Positions 19,943-32,381 of a stretch of 64,000 nucleotides of DNA are shown one piece after another. Source of the stretch: an uncultured delta proteobacterium (GTDB taxonomy: Bacteria; Desulfobacterota; Binatia; JACPRU01). The position numbers and the translations under genes were made by a program. Below the pieces are notes generated by a model. That model saw nothing but the letters and a program-made list of their open reading frames with translations. It was not told the origin of the DNA and did no database searches. Within the stretch, counting starts at the first letter, position 1, and every line of letters begins with the position of its first letter. Location: assembly GCA_963745025.1 (NCBI GenBank), contig CAVUWD010000006.1:224001-288000 (forward strand), read 5' to 3'.

Positions 19943-20893
19943 ATGACCGGAAGCTTGATCGTCGTCCTCGGGCTCGCCGCGCTGGTCGTGTACGTGTTGG
20001 CACGCACCGCGGTCGTCGTCCCGCAGCAGAGCGCGTACGTCGTCGAGCGCTTGGGCAAGTTCACCGGCACGCTCGGCGCCGGCTTCCACATCCTGCTGCC
20101 GTTCGTCGACGTCATCCGCTACAAGCATTCGCTGAAAGAGCAGGCGATCGACATCCCGGCGCAGAGCTGCATCACGCGCGACAACGTCCAGGTTCACGTC
20201 GACGGCATCCTCTACTTGAAGGTCATGAACGCCGAGCGCGCCTCCTATGGGATCTCGGACTACGTCTTCGCGCTCGTGCAGCTCGCGCAGACCAATTTGC
20301 GGAGCGAGATCGGCAAGATCGACCTCGACCGCACGTTCGAGGAGCGCACGCACATCAATGCGCAGGTGGTGAGCGAAGTCGACAAGGCCTCCGAGGCATG
20401 GGGGGTGAAGGTCCTTCGTTACGAGATCAAGAACATCAAGCCGCCCGACGACGTGCTCGCGGCGATGGAGAAGCAGATGCGGGCCGAGCGCGAGAAGCGC
20501 GCCGTGATCCTCACCTCCGAGGGCGAGCGCGACGCCGCGGTCAACTCGGCCGAAGGCAAGAAGCAGCAAGTCATCAAAGCGTCCGAGGCCAACCGCCAGC
20601 AGCGCATCAACGAGGCCGAGGGCGAGGCCGCCGCGATCCTCGCGCGGGCGACCGCCACCGCCGAAGGGATCCGCAAAGTCGCCGAGGCAATCCAGTCCGC
20701 GGGTGGCTACGAAGCGGTCCAGCTGCGCGTTGCCGAGCAGTACATCACGAACTTCGGCGAGCTCGCCAAGACGGGCAACACGCTGATCCTGCCCGCGAAC
20801 CTCTCCGACGTCGGCTCGATGATCTCGCTCGCGATGAACGTCATCCGCCGCCAAGGGGCGCAACCGAAGGCGGGCGACGGCCAAGGTAGCTAG
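19943..20893 (+). CDS. SPFH/stomatin (QmcA/paraslipin-like) protein
   Basis: VVERLGKF, ITRDNV, WGVKVLRYEIKNI and MEKQMRAEREKRA. Confidence 0.95.
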   Translation: MTGSLIVVLGLAALVVYVLARTAVVVPQQSAYVVERLGKFTGTLGAGFHILLPFVDVIRYKHSLKEQAIDIPAQSCITRDNVQVHVDGILYLKVMNAERASYGISDYVFALVQLAQTNLRSEIGKIDLDRTFEERTHINAQVVSEVDKASEAWGVKVLRYEIKNIKPPDDVLAAMEKQMRAEREKRAVILTSEGERDAAVNSAEGKKQQVIKASEANRQQRINEAEGEAAAILARATATAEGIRKVAEAIQSAGGYEAVQLRVAEQYITNFGELAKTGNTLILPANLSDVGSMISLAMNVIRRQGAQPKAGDGQGS

Positions 20894-20901
20894 CGAGTGT
20901 C

Positions 20902-21477
20902 CTAGATGCCGAGGCGATCGAGCTCGCGGACGAGGGCCCGCGCCGCCTCGGAACGGGCGGAGAACCGGTTCTTCTCTTCGCGGGTCAGCTCGGCGAGCGT
21001 GCGGCCAAGCGCGGGAAGCAGAAACAGCGGGTCGTACCCGAAGCCTCCCGAGCCGCGGGGCGCTTCGACGATCTCTCCCTCGCAGCGGCCGTCGGCGGCC
21101 AGCTCTCGGCCATCGGCGAGGATCAGCACGATCGCGGTGCGAAAGCGCGCACGGCGCTCCGCGCCGACTCGTCCGCGGAGCTCGTCGAGGAGCCGCCGAT
21201 TGCGATCGGCGGCCGCGGTCCCGTAACGAGCGGAATGGACACCCGGCCGGCCGCCGAGCGCATCGACCTCGAGGCCCGAATCGTCCGCGAGGGCGGCGGC
21301 GCCGAGCGCGGCGAACAGCGCGCGCGCCTTGATGCGCGCGTTCTCTCGATAGCTCGCGCCGCTCTCCGGCGGCGCGCGATACGACTCGGGAGCCGGCACG
21401 AGCCGCAGACGAGAGCCGAGCAGCTCGTCGAGCTCGCGGAGCTTCGCCGGACTGGCGGTGGCCGCGGTGACGATCAC
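20902..21477 (-). CDS. rdgB: Non-canonical purine NTP pyrophosphatase (RdgB/HAM1)
   Basis: [37 protein letters not shown] and KNRFSAR; GTG start overlaps the rph stop. Confidence 0.93.
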   Translation of the reverse strand: MIVTAATASPAKLRELDELLGSRLRLVPAPESYRAPPESGASYRENARIKARALFAALGAAALADDSGLEVDALGGRPGVHSARYGTAAADRNRRLLDELRGRVGAERRARFRTAIVLILADGRELAADGRCEGEIVEAPRGSGGFGYDPLFLLPALGRTLAELTREEKNRFSARSEAARALVRELDRLGI

Positions 21478-22208
21478 GCGCGCCGGATCGCGGCTCGCTG
21501 CAGCTGGATCAGCTGGCGGATGCCGGACCAGGCGAGCGCGGCCATGCGGTCGGATTGAGTCTTCGAGAACGGCGCGGCTTCCGCCGTGCCTTGGATCTCG
21601 ACGAAGCGCCCTTGATCGGTCATCACGAAATTCATGTCGACCTCCGCCTTGCTGTCTTCTTCGTAGCAGAGATCGAGGCATTCGGCGCCGTCGACGACGC
21701 CCGCGCTCACCGCCGCAACCGCGCCACGGATCGGATTCCTTTCGAGCAGCCCCTTCCGTTCGAGATTTCGCACCGCGAACGCCAGCGCCACCCAGCCTCC
21801 GGTGATCGATGCGGTGCGCGTGCCCCCATCCGCCTGCAGAACGTCGCAATCGATCCAGATGCTCCGCTCGCCGAGCGCCTCGAGATCGGTCACGGCGCGC
21901 AAGCTCCGGCCGATCAGCCGCTGGATCTCGTGCGTCCGTCCTCCGATACGGCCGCGGGCGGCTTCCCGCTCCATGCGCGTGTGCGTCGAGCGCGGCAGCA
22001 TGCCGTACTCTGCGGTGACCCACCCTCGACCGGAATCTTTGAGGAAAGCGGGTACCCGATCCTCCACCGATGCCGTGCACAGGACCCGCGTGTCCCCCAC
22101 CTCTATCAGCGCCGAGCCTTCCGCGTGCTTGAGAACGCCCGTGGAGATTTTAACGGCCCGGAGCTGTCGAGGACGACGGCCATCGGCCCTACCCCCACTC
22201 TTTTTCAT
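21474..22208 (-). CDS. rph: Ribonuclease PH
   Basis: [29 protein letters not shown] and [18 protein letters not shown]. Confidence 0.97.
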   Translation of the reverse strand: MKKSGGRADGRRPRQLRAVKISTGVLKHAEGSALIEVGDTRVLCTASVEDRVPAFLKDSGRGWVTAEYGMLPRSTHTRMEREAARGRIGGRTHEIQRLIGRSLRAVTDLEALGERSIWIDCDVLQADGGTRTASITGGWVALAFAVRNLERKGLLERNPIRGAVAAVSAGVVDGAECLDLCYEEDSKAEVDMNFVMTDQGRFVEIQGTAEAAPFSKTQSDRMAALAWSGIRQLIQLQRAAIRRA

Positions 22209-22256
22209 GGCCTTTCCGGTTTCAGACACGGGTTACTTGTTCGGTTAGAGCGAGAT

Positions 22257-22274
22257 GTGTTAATTTTTCAACAC
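22257..22274. promoter_or_regulatory. Palindromic operator in the divergent rph / enhancer-binding-protein intergenic region
   Basis: GTGTT-AATTTTTC-AACAC (TGT-N10-ACA type) in an AT-rich patch. Confidence 0.45.
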
Positions 22275-22301
22275 TTGGACAACGGTCATAACCATAGACT
22301 G

Positions 22302-23267
22302 ATGATCGGGCAACACCCGCTCATCCAGCGCATCCAAGTGTTGATTCGAAAGGTTGCGGCGACCGGCGCGACCGTGCTCATCACCGGCGAGAGCGGCACG
22401 GGCAAGGAGCTCGTCGCTCGTAACGTCCACGCCTTGAGCGCGCGCTCCGAGGGGCCGTTCATCGCGCTCAACTGCGGCGCCATTCCGGCGGAGCTGCTCG
22501 AGTCCGAGCTGTTCGGGCACGAGCGAGGGGCCTTCACCGGCGCGATCGGCGCTCGCCATGGAATGTTCCAGGTGGCACGCGGCGGGACGATCTTCCTCGA
22601 TGAAGTCGCCGAGATGAGCCCGCCGCTGCAGGTCAAGCTGCTTCGCGTGCTGCAGGAGCGAGAGTTCCGCCCGGTCGGCTCCGATCGGACCCTCAAGGCC
22701 GACGTGCGCGTCATCGCGGCCTCCAACAAGGAGCTGTTTGACGAAGTCAGCAAGGGACGGTTTCGCGAGGACCTCTTCTATCGCTTGCAAGTGATCCCCA
22801 TCCGCCTCCCGCCGCTCCGCGATCGCCGATCGGACATCCCGCTCTTGATGGAGCATTTCCTGGAGAAGATGAATGCGCGGCGGCCGCAGGGGCCGGTGCG
22901 CCTCAGTGAGGCGGCACAGGTGCAACTCTGGGAGTACGACTGGCCGGGAAACGTCCGCGAGCTGGAGAACGTCATCGAGCAACTGGTGATCCTCGCCGAC
23001 AACGACACGATCGACGCCGAGAATTTGCCGCCGAGCGTTCGCCGCTTCGTCTCCGGCAAGCGGAATCCGACTCCCATGCTCAGCGACGGGACGTTCGACT
23101 TCAACCGCGCCGTCGAGGCGTACGAGAACCAGCTGATCCAAGAAGCCCTGCAGAAGTCGGGCGGAAACAAGCAGGCGGCCGCACGTCTGCTCGGGCTCAA
23201 ACGCACGACGTTGGTGGCAAAGCTGCGGCGGCGAAGCACGGTCCCCATACAGCATCTGGCCTCGTGA
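22302..23267 (+). CDS. Sigma-54 enhancer-binding protein (AAA+ and Fis HTH) with no N-terminal regulatory domain
   Basis: [39 protein letters not shown] and [24 protein letters not shown]. Confidence 0.93.
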   Translation: MIGQHPLIQRIQVLIRKVAATGATVLITGESGTGKELVARNVHALSARSEGPFIALNCGAIPAELLESELFGHERGAFTGAIGARHGMFQVARGGTIFLDEVAEMSPPLQVKLLRVLQEREFRPVGSDRTLKADVRVIAASNKELFDEVSKGRFREDLFYRLQVIPIRLPPLRDRRSDIPLLMEHFLEKMNARRPQGPVRLSEAAQVQLWEYDWPGNVRELENVIEQLVILADNDTIDAENLPPSVRRFVSGKRNPTPMLSDGTFDFNRAVEAYENQLIQEALQKSGGNKQAAARLLGLKRTTLVAKLRRRSTVPIQHLAS

Positions 23268-23278
23268 GATCTGGCATC

Positions 23279-23806
23279 ATGAACAACCCAACCGACGATA
23301 AGCCCGGCCCGCACCCGCAAGGGCGGGCGGCAGATCTCGGCGAGAGGGTCCCTGGCAAGCTCGGGCATCCGCTACACCGCGCTTCGGATTTCGGCTCCGT
23401 TCTCGTCGTCGACGACGACCCGGACGCGGTCGAGATCCTCTGCCGTCTACTCGGCACGCAGAAGCTGCGCACGCTTCCCGCTCAAAGCGGCGCACAGTGC
23501 CTCGAGATCGCCCGAGCACAGTCCGTCGACGTGATCTTGCTCGACGTCAACATGCCGGGCATGGACGGCCTCACGGTCTGCACGGAGCTCGCCCGCGACG
23601 ATCGAACCCGTGCGATCCCGGTGATCCTGGTCACCGCCCGCGACGACCACGAGACGCGCGTGGCGGGGATGAAGCTCGGCGTCAGCGAATTTCTCACGAA
23701 ACCGGTCAACAAGGCGGAGCTCTTCAGCCGTGTTCGCGGTCAGCTCGAGGGCCGCGCGCTCGCCCGTCAGATGGACCAGGCGATTCAGGAACCGACGAAG
23801 GAATAG
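23279..23806 (+). CDS. Stand-alone response regulator receiver protein (start approximate)
   Basis: VLVVDDD, LLDVNMPGMDG, VILVTA and FLTKP. Confidence 0.9.
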   Translation: MNNPTDDKPGPHPQGRAADLGERVPGKLGHPLHRASDFGSVLVVDDDPDAVEILCRLLGTQKLRTLPAQSGAQCLEIARAQSVDVILLDVNMPGMDGLTVCTELARDDRTRAIPVILVTARDDHETRVAGMKLGVSEFLTKPVNKAELFSRVRGQLEGRALARQMDQAIQEPTKE

Positions 23807-23847
23807 GCTTCAGGCCAAAGAGCCGGTCGGTTCCGACTCCTTCCGCG

Positions 23848-24406
23848 TCAGTCCGCCGCCGTGGGCCGCACGCGCGCGACGTAGGCGACGAGATCCGCGT
23901 AGTCGCGAGCAAATTCCAGTTCCGCGACTTCCTGGCAGGTGACGAGATGAGCCGCAACGGCGATGTCGCCGAGATGGCGGGCGCCGGAATCGAGCGCGCG
24001 ACGGCCGATGGCCTCGCGGACCTGGCCGAGACGGACACGTAGCTCCGTCACGAGGTCGTCGCGCGGCGAGTCGCCCCGGAGAAGCCTGGTGGTGAGCGTG
24101 CGGATCGCTTGCTCCGCGAACTCGGCGAGCGTCACGGCCTGGTTCCGTTTCTGCGGGTCGGGCGGAAAAATCGACGGCGGCCCGTACGTGCGCTCGAGGT
24201 AGAACGCGATTGGCCGCGTGCCCGCGACGGCGTGCGCGTCATCTTCGAGCAGCGGCAGCGTCGTCCGTTTCGTGGCGGCGCCGGAGATCCGCGGCGATCG
24301 ACGGTTCGACCTCGATCGGCTGATAGTCGAGACGCTTGCGCTCGAGCACCCAGCGGACCGTGCGGCACTCGGGTGAAGCCTCGCGCTGATAGAGGCGGCG
24401 GCTCAC
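23848..24406 (-). CDS. Glutathione S-transferase-like protein, one frameshift near 24270-24300
   Basis: GTG 24406 gives MSRRLYQREASPECRTVRWVLERKRLDYQPIEV; after a frame change TLPLLEDDAHAVAGTRPIAFYLERTYGPPSIFPPDP continues into ORF 23848..24135 (HLGDIAVAAHL). Confidence 0.7.
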
Positions 24407-24452
24407 GGCCGGGTCCCTACAACAAGACGTCGCGATCGGCTACAACCGCCGC

Positions 24453-27400
24453 GTGGACCCCACCCCGTTTCATCCGCTCGTCGCGCGCTGGTTCGCAGAG
24501 ACATTCGCCGCTCCGACGGCATCGCAGCAGGCCGGCTGGCGAGAGATCTCCCGCGGGCTCGACACGCTGATCGCGGCGCCGACCGGCTCGGGCAAGACGT
24601 TGGCCGCGTTTCTCTGGGCGCTCAACCGCCTGGTCGAAGACGCGGCGGCCGGCGTGCTCACGGAGCGGGTCCGCGTCGTCTACGTGTCGCCGCTCAAGGC
24701 GCTCGGCAACGACGTCGAGAAGAACCTGCAACGGCCGCTGGCCGACATCCGCAAGCTTGCCGAAGGTGAAGGCATCGACCTCTCCGAGATCCGAGTCGCC
24801 GTGCGCTCCGGCGATACTCCGCCGCACGAGCGGCAGCTCCAGGTGCGCCGCCCGCCGCACATCCTCATCACGACGCCCGAGTCGCTCTACATTCTCCTCA
24901 CCGCCGAGAAGAGCCGTCAGGCGCTCGCCGAGGCGGAAACCGTGATCGTCGACGAGATCCATGCGGTCGCCGCCGACAAGCGAGGGGCCCACCTCGCTCT
25001 TTCACTCGAGCGCTTTGATGCGCTCGCCCGGCGACGGCTGCAGCGAATCGGGCTCTCCGCGACCCAGAAGCCGATCGAGGAGGTCGCGAAACTGCTGGTC
25101 GGCGCCGGACGGCTCGCGGAGGATGGACAACCGCGATGCGCGATCGTCGACGCTGGGCACCGGCGCGATCTCGACCTGTCGATCGAGACGACCGATCTCG
25201 AGCTCGGGCCCATCGCCACCCACGAACTCCGCGCGGCGATCTACGAGCGCATCGTCGCGCTCGCTGCCAGCCACCGGGCGACGATCGTGTTCGTCAACAC
25301 CCGACGGCTCGTCGAGCGCGTCGCCCACGAGCTGACGGAGCGGCTCGGCGAAGGCAAGGTCGCCGCGCATCACGGAAGCCTCTCGCGGAAAACCCGGTTG
25401 GCGGCGGAAGAAGGCCTCAAGTCGGGCGCGGTGTCCGTGGTCGTCGCCACGGCCTCGCTCGAGCTCGGCATCGACGTCGGTCACGTCGACCTCGTCTGCC
25501 ACCTCGGCGCTCCGCGGTCGATCGCGACGCTGCTCCAGCGCGTCGGACGTTCCGGGCATTTTCTCGGCGCCGTTCCGAAGGGGATCCTGTTTCCGCTCAC
25601 GCGCGACGAGCTCTTGCAATCCGCGGCCGCGGTGCGCGCCGTGCACCAAGGCCAGCTCGACCGGTTGAGCATTCCGGAAAACCCGCTCGACATCCTCGCG
25701 CAGCAGATCGTCGCCACCGCCGCATCCGCGGAGATCGACGTCGACGATCTCTTCGCGTGCGTCCGCCGTGCCTATCCGTTTCGCGATCTCGAGCGGAGCC
25801 GCTTCGACCAAGTTCTCGAGATGCTCAGTGAAGGCGTTTCCACGCGCCGCGGGCGGCGCTCGGCACACCTCCATCACGACCGCGTGCACGGGCGCCTGCG
25901 CGGACGGCGGGGCGCGCGCCTCGCCGCGATCACCGGCGGCGGGGCCATTCCCGATACCGCCGATTACGACGTCGTCGAGGATCCGACCGGCAACCTCGTC
26001 GGACGGATCAACGAGGACTACGCGGTCGAGAGCATGGCCGGCGACATCTTCCTGCTCGGCAACCATTCGTGGCGCATCCGGCGGGTCGAGGCCGGCCGCG
26101 TGCGCGTGACGGATGCCGAGAACGCGCCGCCGACGATCCCCTTCTGGCTCGGCGAGGCGCCGGCGCGCACTGCGGAGCTGTCCGCCGCCGTCGCGGATCT
26201 CCGCCGCGAGATCGCCGAGCGACTGCACGATCCCGCGGGCGCTGCCGGGTGGCTCTCCGCAGAGAGCGGCGTCGATCACTGCGGAGCTGGCGAGCTCGTC
26301 CGCTACGTCGCCGAGACCATGACGGTCCTCGGCGCGGTTCCAACCCTGGAGACGATCATCGCCGAGCGCTTCTTCGACGAAGCCGGCGGCCAGCAGCTCG
26401 TGCTGCACGCTCCCTTCGGCGGGCGCATCAACCGCGCGCTCGGTCTGGCGCTCCGCAAGCGCTTCTGCGTGAGCTTCGACTTCGAGCTCCAGGCGGCTGC
26501 GACCGACGACGGCGTGGTCATCTCACTCGGCGAGCAGCACAGCTTCCCGCTCCCGGCCGTGTTCTCGATGCTACACCCACGGACGTTCGAGGCCGATCTC
26601 GTTCAAGCCGCGCTTCGTGCGCCGATGTTCACCAACCGCTGGCGTTGGAACGCAACGCGCGCGCTGGCATTGGCGCGCACGCAAGGGGGCAAGCGCGTGC
26701 CAATCGCGATACAGCGGATGCGGGCCGAAGACCTGCTCGCGGCGGTGTTCCCGGCGCAGCTCGCCTGCGGAGACAACGGGCCCCGGCTCATCGACCCACC
26801 GGATCACCCGCTCGTCAACGAGACACTCGGCAACTGTCTGCACGAGGCGATGGACGCCGACGGCCTTCGCCGCGTGCTCGAGGCGATCGAGAGCGGAGCG
26901 ATCCGCGCGCTCGCCGTCGAGACGCCGGCACCCTCGCCGATGTCGCATGAGCTTCTCAACGCCAACCCCTATGCCTTCCTGGACGACGCACCGCTCGAAG
27001 AGCGTCGCGCCCGGGCGGTGTCGCTGCGACGGACCGATCCCGACCTCGCCAGCGGCCTCGGCAGCCTCGATCCGGCGGCCATCGCGGAGGTTCGCCGCCA
27101 GGCCTGGCCCGACGCGCGCGACGCCGACGAAGCGCACGACGCCTTGTTGACGCTTTGCCTGCTGCCCGAGGCCGACGCCGGCGGATGGCAGTCGCTTCTC
27201 GAGGCGCTCGTCGCCGCCGGCCGGGTGAGCGTGGCGCGGATCGGAGCGTCCCGCCTGTTCGTCGCCGCGGAGCGGGCGGCGTGGGTGCGAGCGGCGATCC
27301 CGGAAGCCGTTTTTTCGCCGGAGCCTCCGGCGCTCGTCGGCATACGCGAACCGGCGGATGGCGAAGAGGCGCTGCTGGAAATCGTTCGTGGCTGGATGAG

Positions 27401-28718
27401 CGTGGCCGGGCCGACGACCCTCGGCGCGCTCGCCGAGCGACTGAAGCTGCCGCCGGCGCGAGTCGAGGCTGCGCTCGCCCGGCTCGAGGCGGAGGGACAA
27501 GCGCTGCGGGGCTCCTTCCTTCCGGGATCGAGCGACGCAGAGTGGTGCGATCGCGCTCTTCTCGCGCGCATCCACCGCCTGACCCTCGGCCGTCTACGGA
27601 AGGAGATCGAACCGGTCTCGCCGGCCGAGTTCTTGCGATTCCTCCTCCACTGGCAGCATGCGCAGCCGGGGACGCAGCTCCACGGGCGGGACGGCGTGCT
27701 CGAGATCATCCGGCAGCTCGAAGGGCTCGAGCTGCCGGGACCCGCCTGGGAGCGTGACGTCCTGTCCGCGCGAATCGCCGACTACGATCCTTCGGACCTC
27801 GAAGACCTCTGCCTCGCCGGCGAAGTCGTCTGGGGACGGCTTCGTCTCGCCCCACCGACCGGCGACGAGCTCCCCGAGCCAGCGCGCGAGCGCCGGCGCG
27901 TCGCGCCCACACGCTCGGCCCCCCTGGCGTTCATGCTTCGCCAGGATCTCGACGCGCTGCTCGAGCCCGCGCCTGCGCGCTTCACGCCCGCGGATCTCTC
28001 CCCGGTCGCCGCCGGCGTTCTCGAGTTCCTCTCGGCGCGCGGGGCTTCGTTCCTCGGCGACATCGCCCGCGGTGTCCACCGCCTGCCGAGCGAGGTCGAG
28101 GAGGCTCTGTGGGAGCTCGTCGCTTCGGGCTTGGTGACCGGCGACGGGATCGCCGGTCTTCGCACGCTCCTGCTCCCCGAGAACAAGCGCCAACCTCGGC
28201 GCCGACATTTGCGCGCGCTTCCCGGCCGCGGGAGATCGGCCCGCCTGATGCCGGTCGGGCGGTGGGCGCTGTTGCGGGGTGATGTCGCCGCATGCGTGGA
28301 GGCCGGCGATGGCGTCGAACGGAGCGCGCGCTTCTTGCTCCGTCGCTACGGCCTCCTCGTCCGTGAGCTCTGCTTCCGCGAGCGCCACGCTCCGCCCTGG
28401 AGAGATCTCCTGGCGGTGCTGCGCCGGCTCGAGGCCCGCGGCGAGGTGCGCGGGGGACGTTTCGTCGAGGGGCTGGTCGGCGAGCAGTTCGCGTTGCCGG
28501 AGGCCGTCGAGGCGCTGCGCGCCACCCGCCGTCAGGCGTCACGCGGCGAAGTCGTGTTGATCAGCGCCGCCGATCCGTTGAATCTCGTCGGAATCATCCT
28601 CCCCGGAGCGCGCCTGTCTCCGTACTCGGGGCAGACGATCGCCTATCGGGACGGGCTGCCCGTAGAGGTCGGTGAGCTCGGAGCCGTGCGCAGCCGTTTG
28701 CAGATCGGTCAGGGGTGA
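24453..28718 (+). CDS. lhr: Lhr-family SF2 helicase, full length with C-terminal extension
   Basis: APTGSGKT, YVSPLKAL, DEIH, GLSAT, HHGSLS, SLELGIDVG and QRVGRSGH; C-terminal RGGRFVEGLVGEQFALP. Confidence 0.95.
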   Translation: MDPTPFHPLVARWFAETFAAPTASQQAGWREISRGLDTLIAAPTGSGKTLAAFLWALNRLVEDAAAGVLTERVRVVYVSPLKALGNDVEKNLQRPLADIRKLAEGEGIDLSEIRVAVRSGDTPPHERQLQVRRPPHILITTPESLYILLTAEKSRQALAEAETVIVDEIHAVAADKRGAHLALSLERFDALARRRLQRIGLSATQKPIEEVAKLLVGAGRLAEDGQPRCAIVDAGHRRDLDLSIETTDLELGPIATHELRAAIYERIVALAASHRATIVFVNTRRLVERVAHELTERLGEGKVAAHHGSLSRKTRLAAEEGLKSGAVSVVVATASLELGIDVGHVDLVCHLGAPRSIATLLQRVGRSGHFLGAVPKGILFPLTRDELLQSAAAVRAVHQGQLDRLSIPENPLDILAQQIVATAASAEIDVDDLFACVRRAYPFRDLERSRFDQVLEMLSEGVSTRRGRRSAHLHHDRVHGRLRGRRGARLAAITGGGAIPDTADYDVVEDPTGNLVGRINEDYAVESMAGDIFLLGNHSWRIRRVEAGRVRVTDAENAPPTIPFWLGEAPARTAELSAAVADLRREIAERLHDPAGAAGWLSAESGVDHCGAGELVRYVAETMTVLGAVPTLETIIAERFFDEAGGQQLVLHAPFGGRINRALGLALRKRFCVSFDFELQAAATDDGVVISLGEQHSFPLPAVFSMLHPRTFEADLVQAALRAPMFTNRWRWNATRALALARTQGGKRVPIAIQRMRAEDLLAAVFPAQLACGDNGPRLIDPPDHPLVNETLGNCLHEAMDADGLRRVLEAIESGAIRALAVETPAPSPMSHELLNANPYAFLDDAPLEERRARAVSLRRTDPDLASGLGSLDPAAIAEVRRQAWPDARDADEAHDALLTLCLLPEADAGGWQSLLEALVAAGRVSVARIGASRLFVAAERAAWVRAAIPEAVFSPEPPALVGIREPADGEEALLEIVRGWMSVAGPTTLGALAERLKLPPARVEAALARLEAEGQALRGSFLPGSSDAEWCDRALLARIHRLTLGRLRKEIEPVSPAEFLRFLLHWQHAQPGTQLHGRDGVLEIIRQLEGLELPGPAWERDVLSARIADYDPSDLEDLCLAGEVVWGRLRLAPPTGDELPEPARERRRVAPTRSAPLAFMLRQDLDALLEPAPARFTPADLSPVAAGVLEFLSARGASFLGDIARGVHRLPSEVEEALWELVASGLVTGDGIAGLRTLLLPENKRQPRRRHLRALPGRGRSARLMPVGRWALLRGDVAACVEAGDGVERSARFLLRRYGLLVRELCFRERHAPPWRDLLAVLRRLEARGEVRGGRFVEGLVGEQFALPEAVEALRATRRQASRGEVVLISAADPLNLVGIILPGARLSPYSGQTIAYRDGLPVEVGELGAVRSRLQIGQG

Positions 28719-28799
28719 ATCGGCGACATGCAGCTCGCAGGCGCCTAGTTTTGCCTTCTCGTCGTTGTCGGGGGAGACGTCGATTCGATTCCGCCGCTC

Positions 28800-29666
28800 T
28801 TAGAAAACGGTTCCCTTGAAGAGCTTCGGGAGGACCGGCGTCACCACCACCTGGACATTCCACTCCTGCCCGAACTCGGAGGGGTGCACGGGCATGTACT
28901 GCCCCGCGATCTGGAGCTTGACTGGAAGCCGCCCCAGCCTCACGACCCTGCCGATCGCCAAGCCGACGGGAACGGTCCACATGTCGCCGCTCGAGGCATG
29001 CCAGTTGGCGAGGATGTTGCCCGAATAGCCCACACTCCAACCTTCGCCGAAGAACCACGCGGCAAAGGGCTGCAAATTGAGCTGGCTCACAGCGGGCCGG
29101 TCCCCTTCCGACACAGACCACCACTGCTGGGGAAATACGCCGACGATGTAGTCCTTTGTGAGATAGCCGAGCACGCCGGCCGGCCCGATCTGGTATTGGC
29201 CCTGCCCGGTGAACTTCGACGATGCGCTCGGGAAAATGAAAGTGGGTCCGAGCGCGAGAAGCCAGGGGTCGGCATGCGCGGGCGAGAGCATCTCCACGTC
29301 CGCGATGTCGCCGAATGCGGTGGTCTGCCGCACGCGCCCGGGGCCGATGGGATGCGGCACGCTTTGATAGAGGGGGATCACCGGCCGGTTGATGAGGTTC
29401 CAGTCCTCAGTGAGACTGATCGGCAGCACGGGCTGGAACTGCAGGTTGTGGTTCCAGTGACCATTCTCGAGGATGTAGTTGTTGAACTGGAAAGCCAGGG
29501 ACCAGAGGCTGGTGACAGGGTTGCTCAGTTGCTTGTTGAGCTCCTTTGCCGATTGACTCTCCTCCGCGGTCTCTGCCGCCATGACCGGGCCCGGGCCGAC
29601 GATCGACAGAAGAATCGCAAGCGCCGAGAGGAGGATGTTTCTGCTGACGAGAGCTCGCATTTTCAT
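28800..29666 (-). CDS. Exported putative beta-barrel protein of the family often mis-annotated 'neuromedin U'
   Basis: Signal peptide; ELNKQLSNPV, LQFQPVLPI and WNLINR; alternating aromatic strands; terminal Phe. Confidence 0.7.
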   Translation of the reverse strand: MKMRALVSRNILLSALAILLSIVGPGPVMAAETAEESQSAKELNKQLSNPVTSLWSLAFQFNNYILENGHWNHNLQFQPVLPISLTEDWNLINRPVIPLYQSVPHPIGPGRVRQTTAFGDIADVEMLSPAHADPWLLALGPTFIFPSASSKFTGQGQYQIGPAGVLGYLTKDYIVGVFPQQWWSVSEGDRPAVSQLNLQPFAAWFFGEGWSVGYSGNILANWHASSGDMWTVPVGLAIGRVVRLGRLPVKLQIAGQYMPVHPSEFGQEWNVQVVVTPVLPKLFKGTVF

Positions 29667-29711
29667 CACGGTTCCTCGACAAGGAGTTGCCGCTGTGGGT
29701 TTGACTTAGCG

Positions 29712-29744
29712 AAAAAAAGCGGGCGGCCCTTGCGAGCCGCCCGC
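29712..29744 (-). terminator. Rho-independent terminator after the arylsulfatase
   Basis: Minus strand reads GCGGGCGGCTC-GCAA-GGGCCGCCCGC followed by T7. Confidence 0.85.
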
Positions 29745-29761
29745 CGTGAAGGTCATTCCGG

Positions 29762-31404
<1,643 letters not shown>

Positions 31405-31707
31405 ATGGTCTCCCTTCTTCACGCTGTTTCGCTGATGTGCGGCCGACCGTTGCTGGCCCATGCGGTCACCGCTTTCGCTTAGGCGCCGGCGCCGGCAGCC
31501 TGTGAGCATCCTGCGATCAACGCCGCCAGTGCAATCGCAGGCAGTGTGCCGCGCAGCGATTTTCTGATCTCGTCTTGATCTCTCATCTTATTGGGACTCT
31601 TCCATTCTGTGCTGCGGTCTGATTCGAAGAGCTCGCTCGTAGCCCAATTGGCGACCCAGTTCCAGGGATCGGGGGTTGGGGGGGACCGCACGCACCAGCG
31701 CCGTTAC

Positions 31708-32330
31708 TTACGCACCACGCCCCCCGATCGCCAGATACTCGTCGAGGTCGACGAGTGGCCGCGCGGGCTCGACAAGGATTCGCCGGCTGCGCTCGACGAT
31801 CGCACCACCACCATGCTCGAACCACTCCACCAGCTCACGAGCGCGGCAGTGTCGGGCGGGATCGACCACGCTGAGGCCGCGGTCGATCGACCGCATGCGC
31901 CTCCCGAGCGCCTCACCAACCACGCAAGCCAGCGACCGTCCCGTCTCGAGAGCGGCGAGAAAGCCCTCCCATCGCTCGTCGAGTTCGGCCCGCAGCGGCT
32001 CGACGAACATCTTCGACCGTCCGACCAGGACGACACGTGACGACTCGCGGACGCGGAACCTCGCCACACGTTCGATCGTTCCGTCGGTCTTCGCGTGGGT
32101 GGACAACACCTCGACGGTCGTACCTCCCGGCCCGTAGATCTCCTCGAGCGCCTCACTGACGCGCTCTGTGGTGAGCAGGCGGACTTGCCATTCGCTGAGA
32201 TCGCGCAGGCATCACGCTCCGCGGGCCCACCACGAAGTGAATGGCGGTCGAGAACTCGCCGGTGGCGATCGATCCGCTCGGCGAGCCAGTCTGCCGCCGG
32301 TGCCACCACGGGCCAAGGCCGGTGTCGCAT
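31708..32330 (-). CDS. Hypothetical protein with a probable frameshift near 32210; weak chorismate-lyase/UTRA-like resemblance
   Basis: ATG 32330 frame joins LRDLSEWQVRLLTTERVSEALEEIYGPGGTTVEVLS..., which continues as ORF 31708..32109. Confidence 0.45.
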
Positions 32331-32381
32331 CGGGCGGCTCCTCTATCGTAAATTCGCGAGCAAGACGATAGCTTCAAAACC

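Noticed and set aside
21555-22301. N-terminal extension of the sigma-54 activator ORF (similar over-extended starts for rdgB, dusB, the UvrD helicase and thiD)
   Set aside because: The extensions overlap neighbouring genes and have no domain character; downstream starts were chosen.
28620-28630. CCGTACTCGGG, the loop of the REP-like core, inside lhr
   Set aside because: It lacks the GTCGA/TCGAC stem and lies in coding sequence; likely chance.
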